Part shown: positions 1 to 15,838 of the stretch, in pieces
Numbering within the stretch: position 1 is the stretch's first letter
How the letters are laid out: the number at the start of each line of letters is the position of its first letter
Notes under the pieces: model-generated
What the model was told of the DNA's origin: nothing
Database searches by the model: none
The model's input: only the letters and a program-made list of their open reading frames with translations
Assembly: GCF_009914755.1 (NCBI RefSeq)
Contig: NC_060933.1
Source of the DNA: the human T2T-CHM13v2.0 reference genome, Homo sapiens
DNA: 64,000 nt
Reading direction: 5' to 3' (one strand)
Translations under genes and position numbers: made by a program

Positions 1-98
1 CGGGAGGCAGAGCTTGCAGTGAGCTGAGATTGCGCCACTGCACTCTAGCCTGGGCAATAGAGTGAGACTCTGTCTCAAAAAAAAAAAAAAAAAAAAAA
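1..98 (+). mobile_element. Alu 3' end (AluY-like) with A tail
   Basis: GCAGAGCTTGCAGTGAG...GAGACTCTGTCTC followed by poly-A. Confidence 0.9.
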
Positions 99-113
99 GA
101 AACATTATACACT

Positions 114-422
<309 letters not shown>

Positions 423-905
423 CTACATATTATTTACAGCACAGTAAAAGATATTAAGAGGCTAACAACACCTGTCTGTGAAGCAATTTGGTCAGAGTGG
501 TCATGAAATGATTGACTTCTAAATTCAAGAACAGGAAATATGGCTTCAGCTCTTTATTAAATTCTATTGTTGGAATAAGATAGAAGAAGAAGAAAAAGAG
601 AGGGAGAGATAAAGGTAGTGTAAAGAGACATTGGACATCATTAATGACACCTTCATCTTGGAACATCTTGAATAGCCCCTAAGCTAATTCAAAGTCATGT
701 TTTGCTTCTGCTATCATTGGTTTATGCAGCAGGTATCACAACATGGGATCTTCCTTCCTGTTCTATGAAATCAAACTCAGGTCTACATTTGGAAAAATGT
801 TACTTTTTGGTGATTTCTAAAATCACCTTGACCATCAAGCTCTTCTTTCCAAAGAGTGCTAAGTAAATAAATGTAAATTACTCAAATTAGAAGCACAGAG
901 AATGA

Positions 906-1192
906 GGCCCAGTGTGGTGGCTGATGCCCATAATCCCAGCACTTTGGGAGGCTGAGGTGGGAGGATCATTTGAGGTCAGGAGTCCCAGACCAGCCTGGCC
1001 AACATGGAAAAACCCTGTTTTTATTAAAAATACAAAAATTAGCCCAGCATGGTGTTGCATGCCTGTAATCCCAGCTACTTGGGAGACATGAGAATCGCTT
1101 GAGCCCAGGAGGTGGAGGTTGCAGTGAGCCAAGATTGTCCACTGCACTCCAGCCTGGGCAACAGAGTAGAAAAGAAAAAAGAAAAAAAAGAA
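906..1192 (+). mobile_element. AluS
   Basis: Dimer with A-rich tail; TSD AGAATGA. Confidence 0.92.
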
Positions 1193-1539
1193 AGAATGAA
1201 TTTACAGTATATAAAACATTTAAGAAATACATTTGACTAAATAGGAAATAGATCAGAATGACTCAAGATGTTAGAAAAATAACTTTGGAAAGTCCTTTGA
1301 TGAGGCAAGACAAGGACAGCCATGCTCTCCTGGGCTGGCAGGGACCTAAGGGATTTGAGGTTTTATTTATTTATTTTTTTATATTTTGCTGACATGATGA
1401 CTACTCAGAGTGGCATGCTGGCAACTTCCATAGTCCTCACATAAATGGATTGCGGTATTTGCTATAGGAAGAGGCAGATTTTACATCTAGGTTTCAAGAT
1501 TTGGTTTGGCCTGTACCAGCATCCCCAACTAAATGGTTG

Positions 1540-2094
<555 letters not shown>

Positions 2095-2708
2095 AGTACT
2101 TGATTTTTAACACCCCTCATCTATCACCCTCCCTTGACCTTCCCCAATGACATCCCCCTCCCCTCCAAATCTGGCTTTCTTCAGAAGCTCATCACTTTCC
2201 TCCCTCTCCCATGTCCTCCTTAATGAGAGGCCACTGATCTCTCGCCAAGGTCTAGGCCTTGTACAGTACAGTCACTACTAGAAGCATTACAAGCTACCTC
2301 TCCTACCCACTGCTGTGCTTTCTAAATCCTTCCTCTCCTACTTCTTTCTTCCTCTTCTCTGACCTAAAGACCTCATGCTTTGTAGGGGAACAAGGAAATG
2401 ATTATGTGGGCCAACAGGAAGCCTAACATTTGCTGGCTCCTAAACATGTCACTGTGGGCACCTTTGTCTCTCTATCCTCTCCTTGCTGGACCCAGCACAC
2501 CATGTAAATAGACCGGTGCTCCCAACTTGTTTTATCTGTATGGGTCAGATCCTTGATTAAGCAATTTTTCTTTCAAACCTCCCTGGCTGCACAAATTAGG
2601 CCAGTACTCTCTAACTAACTTCCTCCTTGCAAATGTTTCCGAACAATGGAGTTTGGCAGATGCGAAAATCAGGGCTCAGTAAATTAAATTAGAAAAATAA
2701 AGTTTTTT

Positions 2709-3006
<298 letters not shown>

Positions 3007-4976
3007 GTCTTAAAAGCTAGTGAAACTGTAAAGTAATGTGATTGAAAGGCAGGGAAACTGACAGGGGAATAGCACCCGTCAGTGAATGACCGTACATCTT
3101 CATAGGTTGTGCTGTTTGGAACCTTTGGTATTCTGTCAAAGTTGAGCAGGTCAGGAGAGTAAGGCAACTGGATCATTAAATAAGCAGATTTGCCTGTCTT
3201 GGCCCCTTTTGGACTACAGCTGACCCTCTCCCATGGTATAAAGCAACCTTGCCTCACATGAATGGCTTACTTTAGGGCCATGTTTTATGGAGGAATGTTT
3301 ACCATTACTTTAATTACAACCCCTTATGAGGTTGCTGGCTAGTTTATTCTGGAATGTTCCTGAGTCCACAGAATTTACAAATGTAGTTTTAAGCTTAACT
3401 TATCATTGGTTTTGGATTTGAGAAACCAAGATTTTGCAATCAATGAGGATCCCTGAGGTAAATCAAGAGAACTGGTGTCTATTCCTGTTTGCCTTTCTTT
3501 ACTACTCTTTTTATCTCCCAGCTCATGCCTCTCCTACCTTTTATTTATTTTTTTAATGGAGTCCTGTCTTGGAATCCTACCTTCCCATTCTAGGCCTTGA
3601 TTTTTCCACATAATGTAACATGAAAAAAAATAATGCTTGACATGCTAGCTTGGGGATTTATATCTTTTGTGCCCTACCTAGTATTTTCCTTCCATCTAGC
3701 ACAGAGCAGTTGCTCAATATACTTTGTTGAATAAATGAATGAAATCATAAAAGTATATAAAATTTTAAATGTTCATTTGAAATGTTCGGAAGATGGAGTG
3801 ACTCCCTGACCCTGAAAGTAGGTGAGATCACGTTTTGCCATGAATGAGACTTTTCACAGACTGTGCTGTGTTGGTTTGCCATTGTTTAATTAATTTTAAC
3901 CAAACTAGCTTTCTGTTTCCAGCTCCTAGCATAATGCCTGGCACAATGTCAATAAATTTTTGTTGAATCAATAATTGCCATACTTTATGTCAAAGAGTTT
4001 TGGCCCTCAGAGAAAATGAAAACAAAAACAAAGTTTTGAACCAGGATATTAGAAGGAAGATTGAGAAGTCTTCAGGTGCATTTCCTGGCTTCCTGACTCA
4101 CCCATTCCTGGTAATCATCCCCTTCCTTTCTGAACACTGACCGGTGACTCCTTAGCCAGGTGACTCACAGCATTTTCCTAAGAAATCTCTATCTCCATTT
4201 TACTTTCAAACAACACAAGACATGCATACCATTTTATTTTATTTTTTAAATGTCCTTTTAAAGGAAAAAGAAGAGAACTAATCATGCCAAGGCTGTAAGT
4301 GGCTTCTTATAAGGACTAGGTTAAATACCTAGTCCTTGTGTGGGGTAGAAGTAGCAGCTATCAAAGATCCAGAATCGTGGCTTTGAGTGGAAATCGTGTT
4401 GTGCTTTTGTCTGCATGTATCTGCAATCATAAGAGAGTTCCAAACTTCTGTGGAATAATACAGATTTGGAATTCATGCTTAATCATTTCTATTCTATATA
4501 AAATTCCAGATACACTCACCTTTGAATTTTTTTTTTTAATCTGACTAATAAGAGCTCAGGAAGCATCCATGGCCCAGCTTCTCCATTCAACATCAACAAT
4601 GTCTGAACAAGATGGTTCAGCAGGGACCACCACTATCGTTTTAAAGTAATTAACTGGAGTGGAGATTTTATCATCAGTAATAAAAAATAAAACTGGAGCC
4701 TATTGGTACCAAGGTTATCAAAAGAAAAAAACAAAACAAAAAACAAAACAAAACCTAGAGCTTGAGAACCAGTCTTGATTCTATCCTAACTGAAGTAAGA
4801 GCATTTTTCTGAAACCTCCCTGCAGCCTACTCTCTGAAGTTTGGGGATATGCTTGCAGAACATGTTGCCTTGTGAGCCAATTAAAGCCTGTGGCTTCATG
4901 GCTGAATTGGGGATTTTCCAATCATTCCTGACATGACATCCTTGTGGCAATCTGTCTAGGCCTATAGATGGATTAA

Positions 4977-4977
<1 letters not shown>

Positions 4978-5015
<38 letters not shown>

Positions 5016-5016
5016 C
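4978..5016 (+). repeat. (AAC)n microsatellite, about 13 units
   Basis: Read directly. Confidence 0.95.
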
Positions 5017-5036
5017 CAGGTCTTACTCTCTGTTCA

Positions 5037-5364
<328 letters not shown>

Positions 5365-5975
5365 AAAACATAGCACCTCAAAAGAACTCTCTTAAAATCA
5401 AGAGGGGAAAAATAAAATAAGATAAAATAAAATTAGGAGGGCATCTCTCTTGGGACCCTTATGGTAGAAATAACAGAATTCAATCTCTTTCTCCTTTCCT
5501 TTTTCTGTGACCATTAGGGGCCTCAATTATTTTCCCCAGTTTTGGTAAAAGGCAGTAGTGATGGCTGTAATCTTGAAAACCTCGGCTCTTGTCCTACTCC
5601 TGACTGATCATCCAAAGCATTCTAGTCTAGAAATGTGGCTGGTACCATTCACCACACTGACAAAACTGTCAAAACTACTTTTTCAGAACACCGAAAAAAA
5701 AAAAAAAAAGACTTGCAGCAATCCAGAGAATGCTTTTCAAATAAAATGACTCAGAATCTCAGAACATCATGCTTTGTGGTGTCTTAAATTATCCTAGTTC
5801 TGTTTCCTTCTACACAGACTCATGATAGCCTCAACAACCCTGCAATCATGAAAACTAGGAGTCTAGCCGTTTTGAAGGGGGTAAAATGAGATTGGAGTTA
5901 CCCCAAAGTCCAACTCTCAGATAACTGCCATTATTTGATCTATTTTGCATTTCCTTAGAAACTCCTCCCTGTCTT

Positions 5976-6294
5976 GGATGGGTGCGGTGGCTAATGCCTG
6001 TAATCCCAGCACTTTGGGAGGCCGAGGCAGGTGGATCACCTGAGGTCAGAAGTTTGAGACCAGCCTGGTGAAACCCCACCTCTACAAAAAATACAAAAAT
6101 TAGCCGAGCATGGTGGCTTGCACCTGTAATCCCAGCTACTAGGGAGGCTAAGTCAGGAAGTCAGGAGAATTGCTTGAACCCAGGAGGCAGAGGTTGCAGT
6201 CAGCCAACATTGTGCCACCGCACTCCAGCCTGGGCAACAGAGCAAGACTCCATTTCAAAAAAAAAAAAAAAAAAGAAAGAAAAATAAAATAAAA
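5976..6294 (+). mobile_element. AluS
   Basis: Dimer plus A tail. Confidence 0.92.
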
Positions 6295-6486
6295 TCCCCC
6301 ATCTTTAGTTGATCAGACTCAGAGTTCACCCAGTACTGTTTCTCTGGTGGCAATTGTTTAACATAGGTAGCTGCCTGAGGTGGTGGTAACTGTTGGGAAA
6401 AACAACAAGCCAATCTAAGAATTAAACCAATACACTAGAAAATATCTATTTAACACAAAAGAAGGAAGTAATAGAGGGGGAAAAGA

Positions 6487-6488
<2 letters not shown>

Positions 6489-6537
<49 letters not shown>
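6489..6537 (+). repeat. (CA)n microsatellite, about 24 units
   Basis: Read directly. Confidence 0.97.
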
Positions 6538-6540
<3 letters not shown>

Positions 6541-6698
6541 TCACACAAAATAAAAATATAAATCCTATCTTATCAGTAACTACATTAACTATAAATGGAT
6601 TATACCCTTTAATTAAAAGGCAGAGATTTGAAGAACGGATTTTAAAAACCCATGATCTGAAAATAAAATTAAAAAGGAAAAAAAAAAAAACATGATCT

Positions 6699-7302
<604 letters not shown>

Positions 7303-7984
7303 TCCCATGATCCAAATATATGCTGTCTACAAGAGACATACTTTACATTCAAAGACCTAAATAGGTTGAAAGAAAAGGATGGGAAAGATATAACATGCAA
7401 ATAGTAACCAAAGAGAGCTTGAGTGGCAATAATATCAGATGAAATAGGTTTTAAGACAACAATTGTTACTAGAGACAAAAGACATTTTAAATGGCAAAAG
7501 GGTCAATTTATCAAAGAGCTATTGTTAACATATATGTATATAATAAAAGAGCTCTAAAACACATGAAGCAAAAACTGACAGAATTCATGGGAGAAGTAGA
7601 CAGTTCATCAATAGCTGGATATTTCATTACCCCATCTTCAGTAATGACTAGAACTAGAGAGATGGTCAGTAAGAAAATACAAGAATTGAACAGTGGTATA
7701 TAAACCAACTAGACCTTATAGACATATACAGAACACTCCACCAACAAAAGTAGAATACACATTCTTCTCAAGTGCATGTAGAACATTCTCCAGGCTAGAT
7801 CACATGTTAGGCCCAAACAAATCTCAATAAATTTAAAAATATTGAAAGATAATGTGTCTTCCCCAACCACAATTTGGGGGAAACTTATAAATTATGAGGA
7901 AATTAAGCACACTCCTAAATAACCAATGGATTAAAGAAGAAATCATTAGGGAAGTTAGAAAATAGTTTGATAATAATTAAAATG

Positions 7985-8230
7985 CAGCCTGGGTGACAGA
8001 GTGAGACTCTGTCTTATAAAAAAAAGAGAATTAATAAAAATAAAGCTTAGAGTGAGACTCTGTCTCATGAAAAAAAGAAGAAGAAAGAAAAATAAAGCTG
8101 AGCACAGTGATGCATGCCTGTAGTCCCAGCTACTTGGAAGGCTGGGGTGGGTGGATTGCTTGTACCCAGGAGTTTGAGGCCAGCCTAGGCAACATAGCAT
8201 GGCCCTCATCACAAATAAATAAATAAATAA
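7985..8230 (+). mobile_element. Alu 3'-end fragments plus an Alu monomer (FLAM-like)
   Basis: AGAGTGAGACTCTGTCT twice, then a monomer with (AAAT)n tail. Confidence 0.75.
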
Positions 8231-8804
8231 CAAAAATGAAAATATACGAAAATTTATGAATATCGCTAAAGCAGTGCTTACAGGGAATTTTATAATTGTA
8301 ATTGCTTATATTATCAAGAAGTAAGATCTCAAATCAATAATCCAATCTTTTACTGTAATGAACTAGAAAAAGAACAACAAACTAAATCCAAAGTTAGCAG
8401 AAAGAAAGAAATAATGAAGATTATCATGGAGACAAATGAAATATAGACTAGAAAAACAAAAGAGAGAATCAATGAAACCAAAAGTTGGTTCTTAACTTAC
8501 TTAAGGGAAAAAAAAAGCTCAAAAAAACTAATAGCAAGTGAAGAGATTGAATTGCTAACCATAAACCTCCCAACAAGGAAATGTCAAGGAAAAAAGAAAC
8601 CAAGGAAAAAAAAGAGAGAAGACAAATAACTAAATTCATGAATGAAAGAGGAGATATTACTACTGATATTACAGAAATAAATGTAAAGTTGTTACTTTAA
8701 TTTTTTGGCATAAATCTGGTGGTCAGGTCCTTAAAGAGGAAGGATAACCAGATCTGTGTGTGTGTATGAACTCTAAAACCAAAAACACATGCTTACGTGG
8801 GTGA

Positions 8805-9265
8805 TCCAATAGAATAACCATCAGTGGCAAGTGGTTACTGAGTGCTTGAAATGTGACTAATATGACTAAGGACCTGAATTTAATTTTAACTAATTTAAAT
8901 TTAAATTAAAAACTGAACATTAGATCCATGTATTGAAAAACAGGCATGTTTAGAACAACTTGATTATGAATCTACTTTTTACAAATATACATTTTATGAA
9001 ATCTAAAAACAGATCAAGTATTTCTGATAAAAATGTAGCATTAGAGTTGACATGTACTATATGTTTAAAATATGCACTGGATGTTCAAAGACTTGGTATG
9101 AAACAAATATAAATTATTTCATTAATTTCAATATATGAGGTTCTATAAAATATAGTTAAAATAGGGTGAAGAGTTATACCTACTTTATTTTGCATTTTTA
9201 ATGGGCTTGCAGAAAAGTTTTAAATTACATATCTGGCTAGTGTTACATATTAGAAAGTTCTGCTT
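8805..9265. mobile_element. hAT-Charlie DNA transposon remnant (MER3/MER33/Charlie1-like)
   Basis: GAGTGCTTGAAATGTGACTA, AATCTAAAAACAGATCAAGTATTTCTGAT, AAAATATGCACTGGAT. Confidence 0.7.
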
Positions 9266-10490
9266 TAGCCCTCAGCAAAAATGTATCTTTATCTACATTA
9301 TTAATTATTTTCTATTTTCTTTCCAGTGCCTCAACACTGATGAGTAAGTGGCTCCTCAATTTCAAGGGGAATCACTTCAGGAGTGTTTGAATGAGGAAAA
9401 ACTAAATCCTTATACCCTCTCTCTCTGAGATGCCATGGAAGTGACTTGGTTTACAATCCCCTACACTGTTTTCCCCTAAAAATAAGTCTAGGTGTGATCA
9501 TACAAACTTGAGGAAAGAGTAGAGAATATACTTTTCTTTTTTAACCTCCTTCCCAAAAGCGAATTATTGTCATGTGTTTTTGTGTGTGTGTGTTTTAATT
9601 GAATATAGGAAGCTCCAGCCGAGCGCCTCTTGAGCAATGTGAAAGAGTACTCAATGTGATTCATATTGACTTCCCAGGCTAGTGGGTTAAGGAGAAACAA
9701 TATTCTTCTTCCCTACATAACATAGTTACTTCCTACCTTAGAACTTTTGTATTCAAAGTACGTGCTTGACAAGAAGTCTACACCTGTACTCCAGCAGGTT
9801 TGGATCCCTGATGGACTTACACTTACATGATCTCCCAAATTGTAACCTCCATTTAACAAACTCTCCAAACCTGCTTGACTGGCTTACTCATGGAGTAACT
9901 CAGCCTTTCCTGTGTGTTTGTGCAGAGTGAGGCCCATTTCCCCAGCCTAGTCCTCTCCCAAGACTTTCGTAAGTGAGTTCCACCCAACTAACTTCAGAGC
10001 AAGCTTGGGTTCTGTGCCTCTGAGAGCAGCTGTGGCAAGATTGATTGCTTATTCACAGGGAGGAGGAAACTTGAGTTGGGATTCCAAGAGATGCCTTTTA
10101 ATAAATGTGTTAAAAAACATTCCTGCATTTTCCTCTTAGAAATTCTGAACTGTTTTGACCTCTGTTGCTGTTAACTTCCATCTCTTTGGATTCTTCCCCA
10201 TCTCCTCTGAGTTTGGAAAAATCTTTCAGTTGCCCTGTTCCAAAAAGCCTCTCCCAAATATGGACACGTGGCAAAATATCTGTGGAGTGGGGAAAAGGTT
10301 CTTTTTTAAAGCAATGTTGATGATCACTGAGTGGTGTTAAAAGTAAATTTAAAAAATAATAATGCCAAAATAAGTGGATGTTCGTGTGGAAAGCAAACTT
10401 GACTCCTACCTTACACTATACATTAAACTCAATTTCAGGGGGAATAGAGATCCTCAATGTGAATGAAAGTATAAGCTTTTAGAAAATATC

Positions 10491-11083
10491 CTAATGACTT
10501 TAGAGCATAATACCCTGTTGTTCTCAACAATGAGCAATATGGACATTGTCATAATGAAGTGATGACTGCTTAGCCTCTAAATCTGGTAACTACTTTGGGA
10601 CAATATGGGAGGAAAAGTGAAGACAGTGATGGTGTAAGAGCTAAATCCTCATCTGTCATATCAAGAAATCACTATATAATGTATAAAACAATCAAGAAAT
10701 GCCTAAGTAGTTATGTGAGAAAAAAATAGAGGACATTGCTAAAAGAGTTAAAAGTCATTGCTCTGGAGAATTAGGAGGGATAGGGCAGGGGACTGGTAGG
10801 ATGCATTATAAACTGAAGAGGCTTTTAAAAATTTCATGTATTAATATATGCATTCACTTGAAAAACTAAAAAAATAATAATTGGAAAAACCCATGAAGGT
10901 AACTACCAGAAGGAAAAACTGAGAGAATGAGAAGTGCTTGCCTCTGGAAAGAACAACTGGCAGGACTGTTGCTTTCATTGTAAGGCTTTTGGAGCCATTT
11001 GATTGTACTTAATCATTTTTATCTATTTCTTTAATAAAAACAATTTTATCTTAATAAAGAGTTACACTTGTTCGAAAAAAAAA
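10491..11083 (+). pseudogene. 5'-truncated retrocopy of an mRNA 3'UTR, probably SEPTIN14-type; contains L1MC-like 3' segments
   Basis: AATAAA (11053-11058), 16 nt, then A9. Interrupts an L1 at GAAAATATC/AAAAAATC. Resembles SEPT14P copies from memory. Confidence 0.55.
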
Positions 11084-11300
11084 TCTTCATGATTTTGCAG
11101 GTTGGAAAAGATATTTTAGACAAGATACAGGAAAGAGAAGCAACGTTTCCTAAATGGGACCATATATAATTAACTTTTGTCCCAATGTTTCCTAAATGGG
11201 ACCAATATAATTAACTTTTGTTCCTCAGAATATTCCATTAGAGTAAAAGATGGCTTCACAGTGGTAGAAGGTATTTACAAATCATAACTGACAAAGGGCT

Positions 11301-11807
11301 TGTCAATCGAGGAAAATGATGAGACAAGTCTCAATCATTTTAGCAGATTTATTTGCCAAAGTTAAGGAACTGCCTGGGAGACAGGTCTATCCCTTTCTCC
11401 AGAGATGATTTTGAGGGCTCCAAATTTAAAGGAGAAAGGGCGGGATAGTGAGAAGCACACAGTTTTCATGTAAACAAAGGGGGCAAAGGAAAAATGTGGA
11501 GAATCTGCATTTTACATAAGATAATACAGACGAAATGGGGTAGGGGAACAATCAGATATGCATTTGTATCTGGGGTGACTGCACCTGTAAAGATAAGTTA
11601 TCAATTACATTGCCATGGTGAAGTTTTTATAGCTCACCAGGAATTTCCTTGTGGGCAAAACATGGGGGAAGCGTGTAGCTTTTCATCTTGTAGCCATCTT
11701 ATTTAGGAACCAAAAGGGGGAGACAGGTATGCGTGACCCAGTTCCCAGCTTGACTTTTCCCTTTGGTTAAATGAGTTTGGGGTCCCAAAATTTAATTTCC
11801 TTTCATA
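11301..11807 (-). mobile_element. Solo LTR, MER4A-like (ERV1)
   Basis: Minus strand begins TATGAAAGGAAATTAAATTTTGGGACCCC and ends TTGACA; 4-bp TSD GGCT. Confidence 0.85.
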
Positions 11808-12356
11808 GGCTTGTAACCAGAACATCTAAGGAACTCTTTCAAATAAAAATGGAAAAAATCCAGTAGAGAAAATGGGCAAGAAAGTTGAGCAAATATTTAA
11901 AAAGTTGGCATCTAACAACCAATAACAGGAAAATTTTAATTAAACTCAATGACATACTGCTACACACCCACCAGAATGGTTGACATTAAAAGGTCAGCTG
12001 AATAATGATGAGAAATGGGAATACTCACTCTGCTGATAGGCATGTAAATTGGTAAAATCACTTAGGAAACCAATCTGACACTATCAGCAAAGTTGAAAGT
12101 ATATGTTTATTCCAGTGGCCTAGCAATTCCACTCCTAAGTACAACCCCAGAGTAAATTTATTACAGATACTCCCCCTGGCATGGATAACAGTGTCCCTAG
12201 CTGCAATGTTTGTAGAAGCTCCAAAAACCCCAAACTTAATAACGCAAATGTCCACTAGCAGCAAAATGTATAAGTTGTGGAATATTTACATGGCAGAATC
12301 CTGTGCATTATGAAATGGGATGAGCTGCAGTTACATGCAACACCATGTGAATCTTA

Positions 12357-12662
<306 letters not shown>

Positions 12663-13612
12663 TCAATATAAGCAAAGAATACATTTTGTGTTTCTATTAT
12701 ATAAAGTTCAAAACCAGGCAAAGGTACTGCTTGGGGATTCATAATTAGAAGTTAAGGTATAAAGAAAAGCAAGGAAGTAATTGCCCCACATTTGGGTCAG
12801 TAGTCACCCCTGGTTGGGTTTACCCCAGGGAAGGGAGGCAGCAGTGATGAAATGTGTAGGGCTGGACCCTGAGGGATGGCAATATCCTGTTTCTTGACCT
12901 GAGTGACAGTTCGCCTTATAAGTTGTATATTTGTTTTTATGTATTTTTCTGTATGTTGTATTTCACAACGAATTTTTTTTTTTTTTAACATAAAAACACC
13001 TCCCCACAACTGCCTTTGCCTGCCCTAGGTCTTCCCCTTCCCCGCCCCTCCCTAGCACCACCACTGCACCAGAAGAGCGTTCATTCTGCTACCATTTTTC
13101 CTAGCCTAACTCCCGCTCATAACACAAACTTCTCCTCCTTCCCCAACCCTAGCGTCACCAGTAACCTCCTAGCTGGCAAGTCAAGTGAACCCGTGGCCTC
13201 ACTCTATAGACTCCTCTGTCCTTTCGGAGTCTTTTCTGTTGACTTGTGGTTCTACTTTCCCTTGACTTCTCCAGATCGCCCCTCTCCTGGTTCTGCTGCT
13301 CTTTCTCTCCCTGTGGCCCTCTGCTTCATTCTCTGACATCTCTAACTTCCCCCACTCCTTAAGCGCTACTGTTTCCCAGGCTTCCCTCACAGTGGTCTTA
13401 TCCGCGCTCATATCTATGCTAACAGCTCCCAAATGTGTGTCCTCTTCTGAGCTCCAGGTGAACGTATGCTACAAGCTTCCTACTTCATCTACCCCTTCAT
13501 GAAGATGCCTGGAGTCAACTTAATTTCAACCAACAGGCCTCAAAGAGAACTCACTCTCTTTTTTGCTCTAACTTTATTCCTAGATTTTCTACCTAAATAA
13601 AGCCTTGCCCGA

Positions 13613-13922
13613 GGCTGGGTGAGGTGGCTCACACCTGTAATCTCAGCACTTTGGGAAACCCAGGAAGAGATGGGAGGATCACTAGAGGCCAGCCTGGGCA
13701 ACATAGCAAGACCCTGTCTCTACAAATATAAAAAATAAAAAAACTTAGCCAGTTGTGGTAGCACGTGCCTGTAGTCCCAGCTACTCAGGAGGCTGAGGTC
13801 AAAGGATTGCCTGGGCTCAGGAGTTTGAGGCTGCAATAAGCTATGATTGTGCCACTGCACTTCAGCGTGGGTGACAGAGTGAAGCCCTGTCTCTATTTAA
13901 AACAACAGCAATAAATAAACAA
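13613..13922 (+). mobile_element. AluJ
   Basis: Diverged dimer. Confidence 0.88.
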
Positions 13923-14058
13923 AGGGAATCACTTCCAAGTTGACATCCCAAGCTGGAAACATTGACTCCACACTTTCCTTAAGCTGCTCAGCATCAAAAG
14001 CTGCTATTGTTATGTTCATACTATGTGCCAGGCACTGTTTTCACAAGTATGTATATAC

Positions 14059-14084
14059 GTGTGTGTGTGTGTGTGTGTGTGTGT
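14059..14084 (+). repeat. (GT)n inside a MIR remnant
   Basis: Read directly. Confidence 0.9.
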
Positions 14085-14384
14085 ATAAAATGTCCATTAT
14101 ACATATATAATATTAGCTTATTTAATTATTTCAACAATCCCAAGATAGGTACCATTATTATGCTCTTTTACAGAGGAGAAAACAGAAATCTTCAGAGCCA
14201 GAGCAGCATTTAGGCCCTCATCTTTACTCCTGAATTTCATTGTGGAGGGGTCACCTCATCAGTATTAGTACCTCCGTCCCAGTGTCTGCATCCACTGCCT
14301 TTAGCCTGGTTTGGATTATGACAGTAACTTCCCAACGGATGTCCCAGCCACACACAAATCCCTCTCCTTTTCCAAGCACTTTCA

Positions 14385-15118
<734 letters not shown>

Positions 15119-15347
15119 CTATACCGTGTTCCCTTCCTCCATCCCAGGCTCATGTGCTCTTCTCCTTTAGGGTTCTGAGTCTGTACAGATAGTTCTCTCT
15201 GCTTGCAGTGCTCTGCCCACCCCACCTCCTACTGTGACCTGACCATCCTTAAAGCCCTAATCAAATTCTCCCTCCTTTGGTGATGCTGTCACAGACTCCT
15301 CAGTCAGCTCAGCTCCAGCTATATATTATTTACAATGCACTTGGTGC

Positions 15348-15483
15348 TGGCTGGGTGTTGTGGCTCATGACTGTAATCCCAGCACTTTGGAAGGCCAAAG
15401 CAGGAGGATTGCTTGAGGCCAGGGTTTCAGACCAGCCCTGGTAAGATAGCAAGACAAAATATAAAAAATAATAAATATAAGAA
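15348..15483 (+). mobile_element. Alu left monomer (FLAM)
   Basis: Perfect 17-bp TSD TACAATGCACTTGGTGC. Confidence 0.88.
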
Positions 15484-15770
15484 TACAATGCACTTGGTGC
15501 AAACCTCCGCCATTTTCCTTAACATCAATTATATTGTAATTGCATGCTTATTTCTGCCTGTCCTTCTCCTTGAGGGCAAGAAGAGCATATTATTCTTTCT
15601 TGAGTTGGTATCCCTTCTTAGAGGCGGCCATATCTAGGGGGCAGTTGATGATTCTACTGAATAAATAGAAATAACCCAGTCACTGCTTTTAGGTGTGGGT
15701 GTTGTTGGTATGATACTCTGCTGGGTTTGAGATGCCCTGCTTAGAACCTTGAGGCCTGGGGATGCTAGCC

Positions 15771-15838
15771 TGTGTGTGTGCGCGCGCGTGTGTGTATGCG
15801 TATGTGGGTGTGAGTGTTTGCACACGTGTGTGTGTGTA
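15771..15838 (+). repeat. Mixed (TG)n/(CG)n alternating purine-pyrimidine tract
   Basis: Read directly. Confidence 0.9.
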
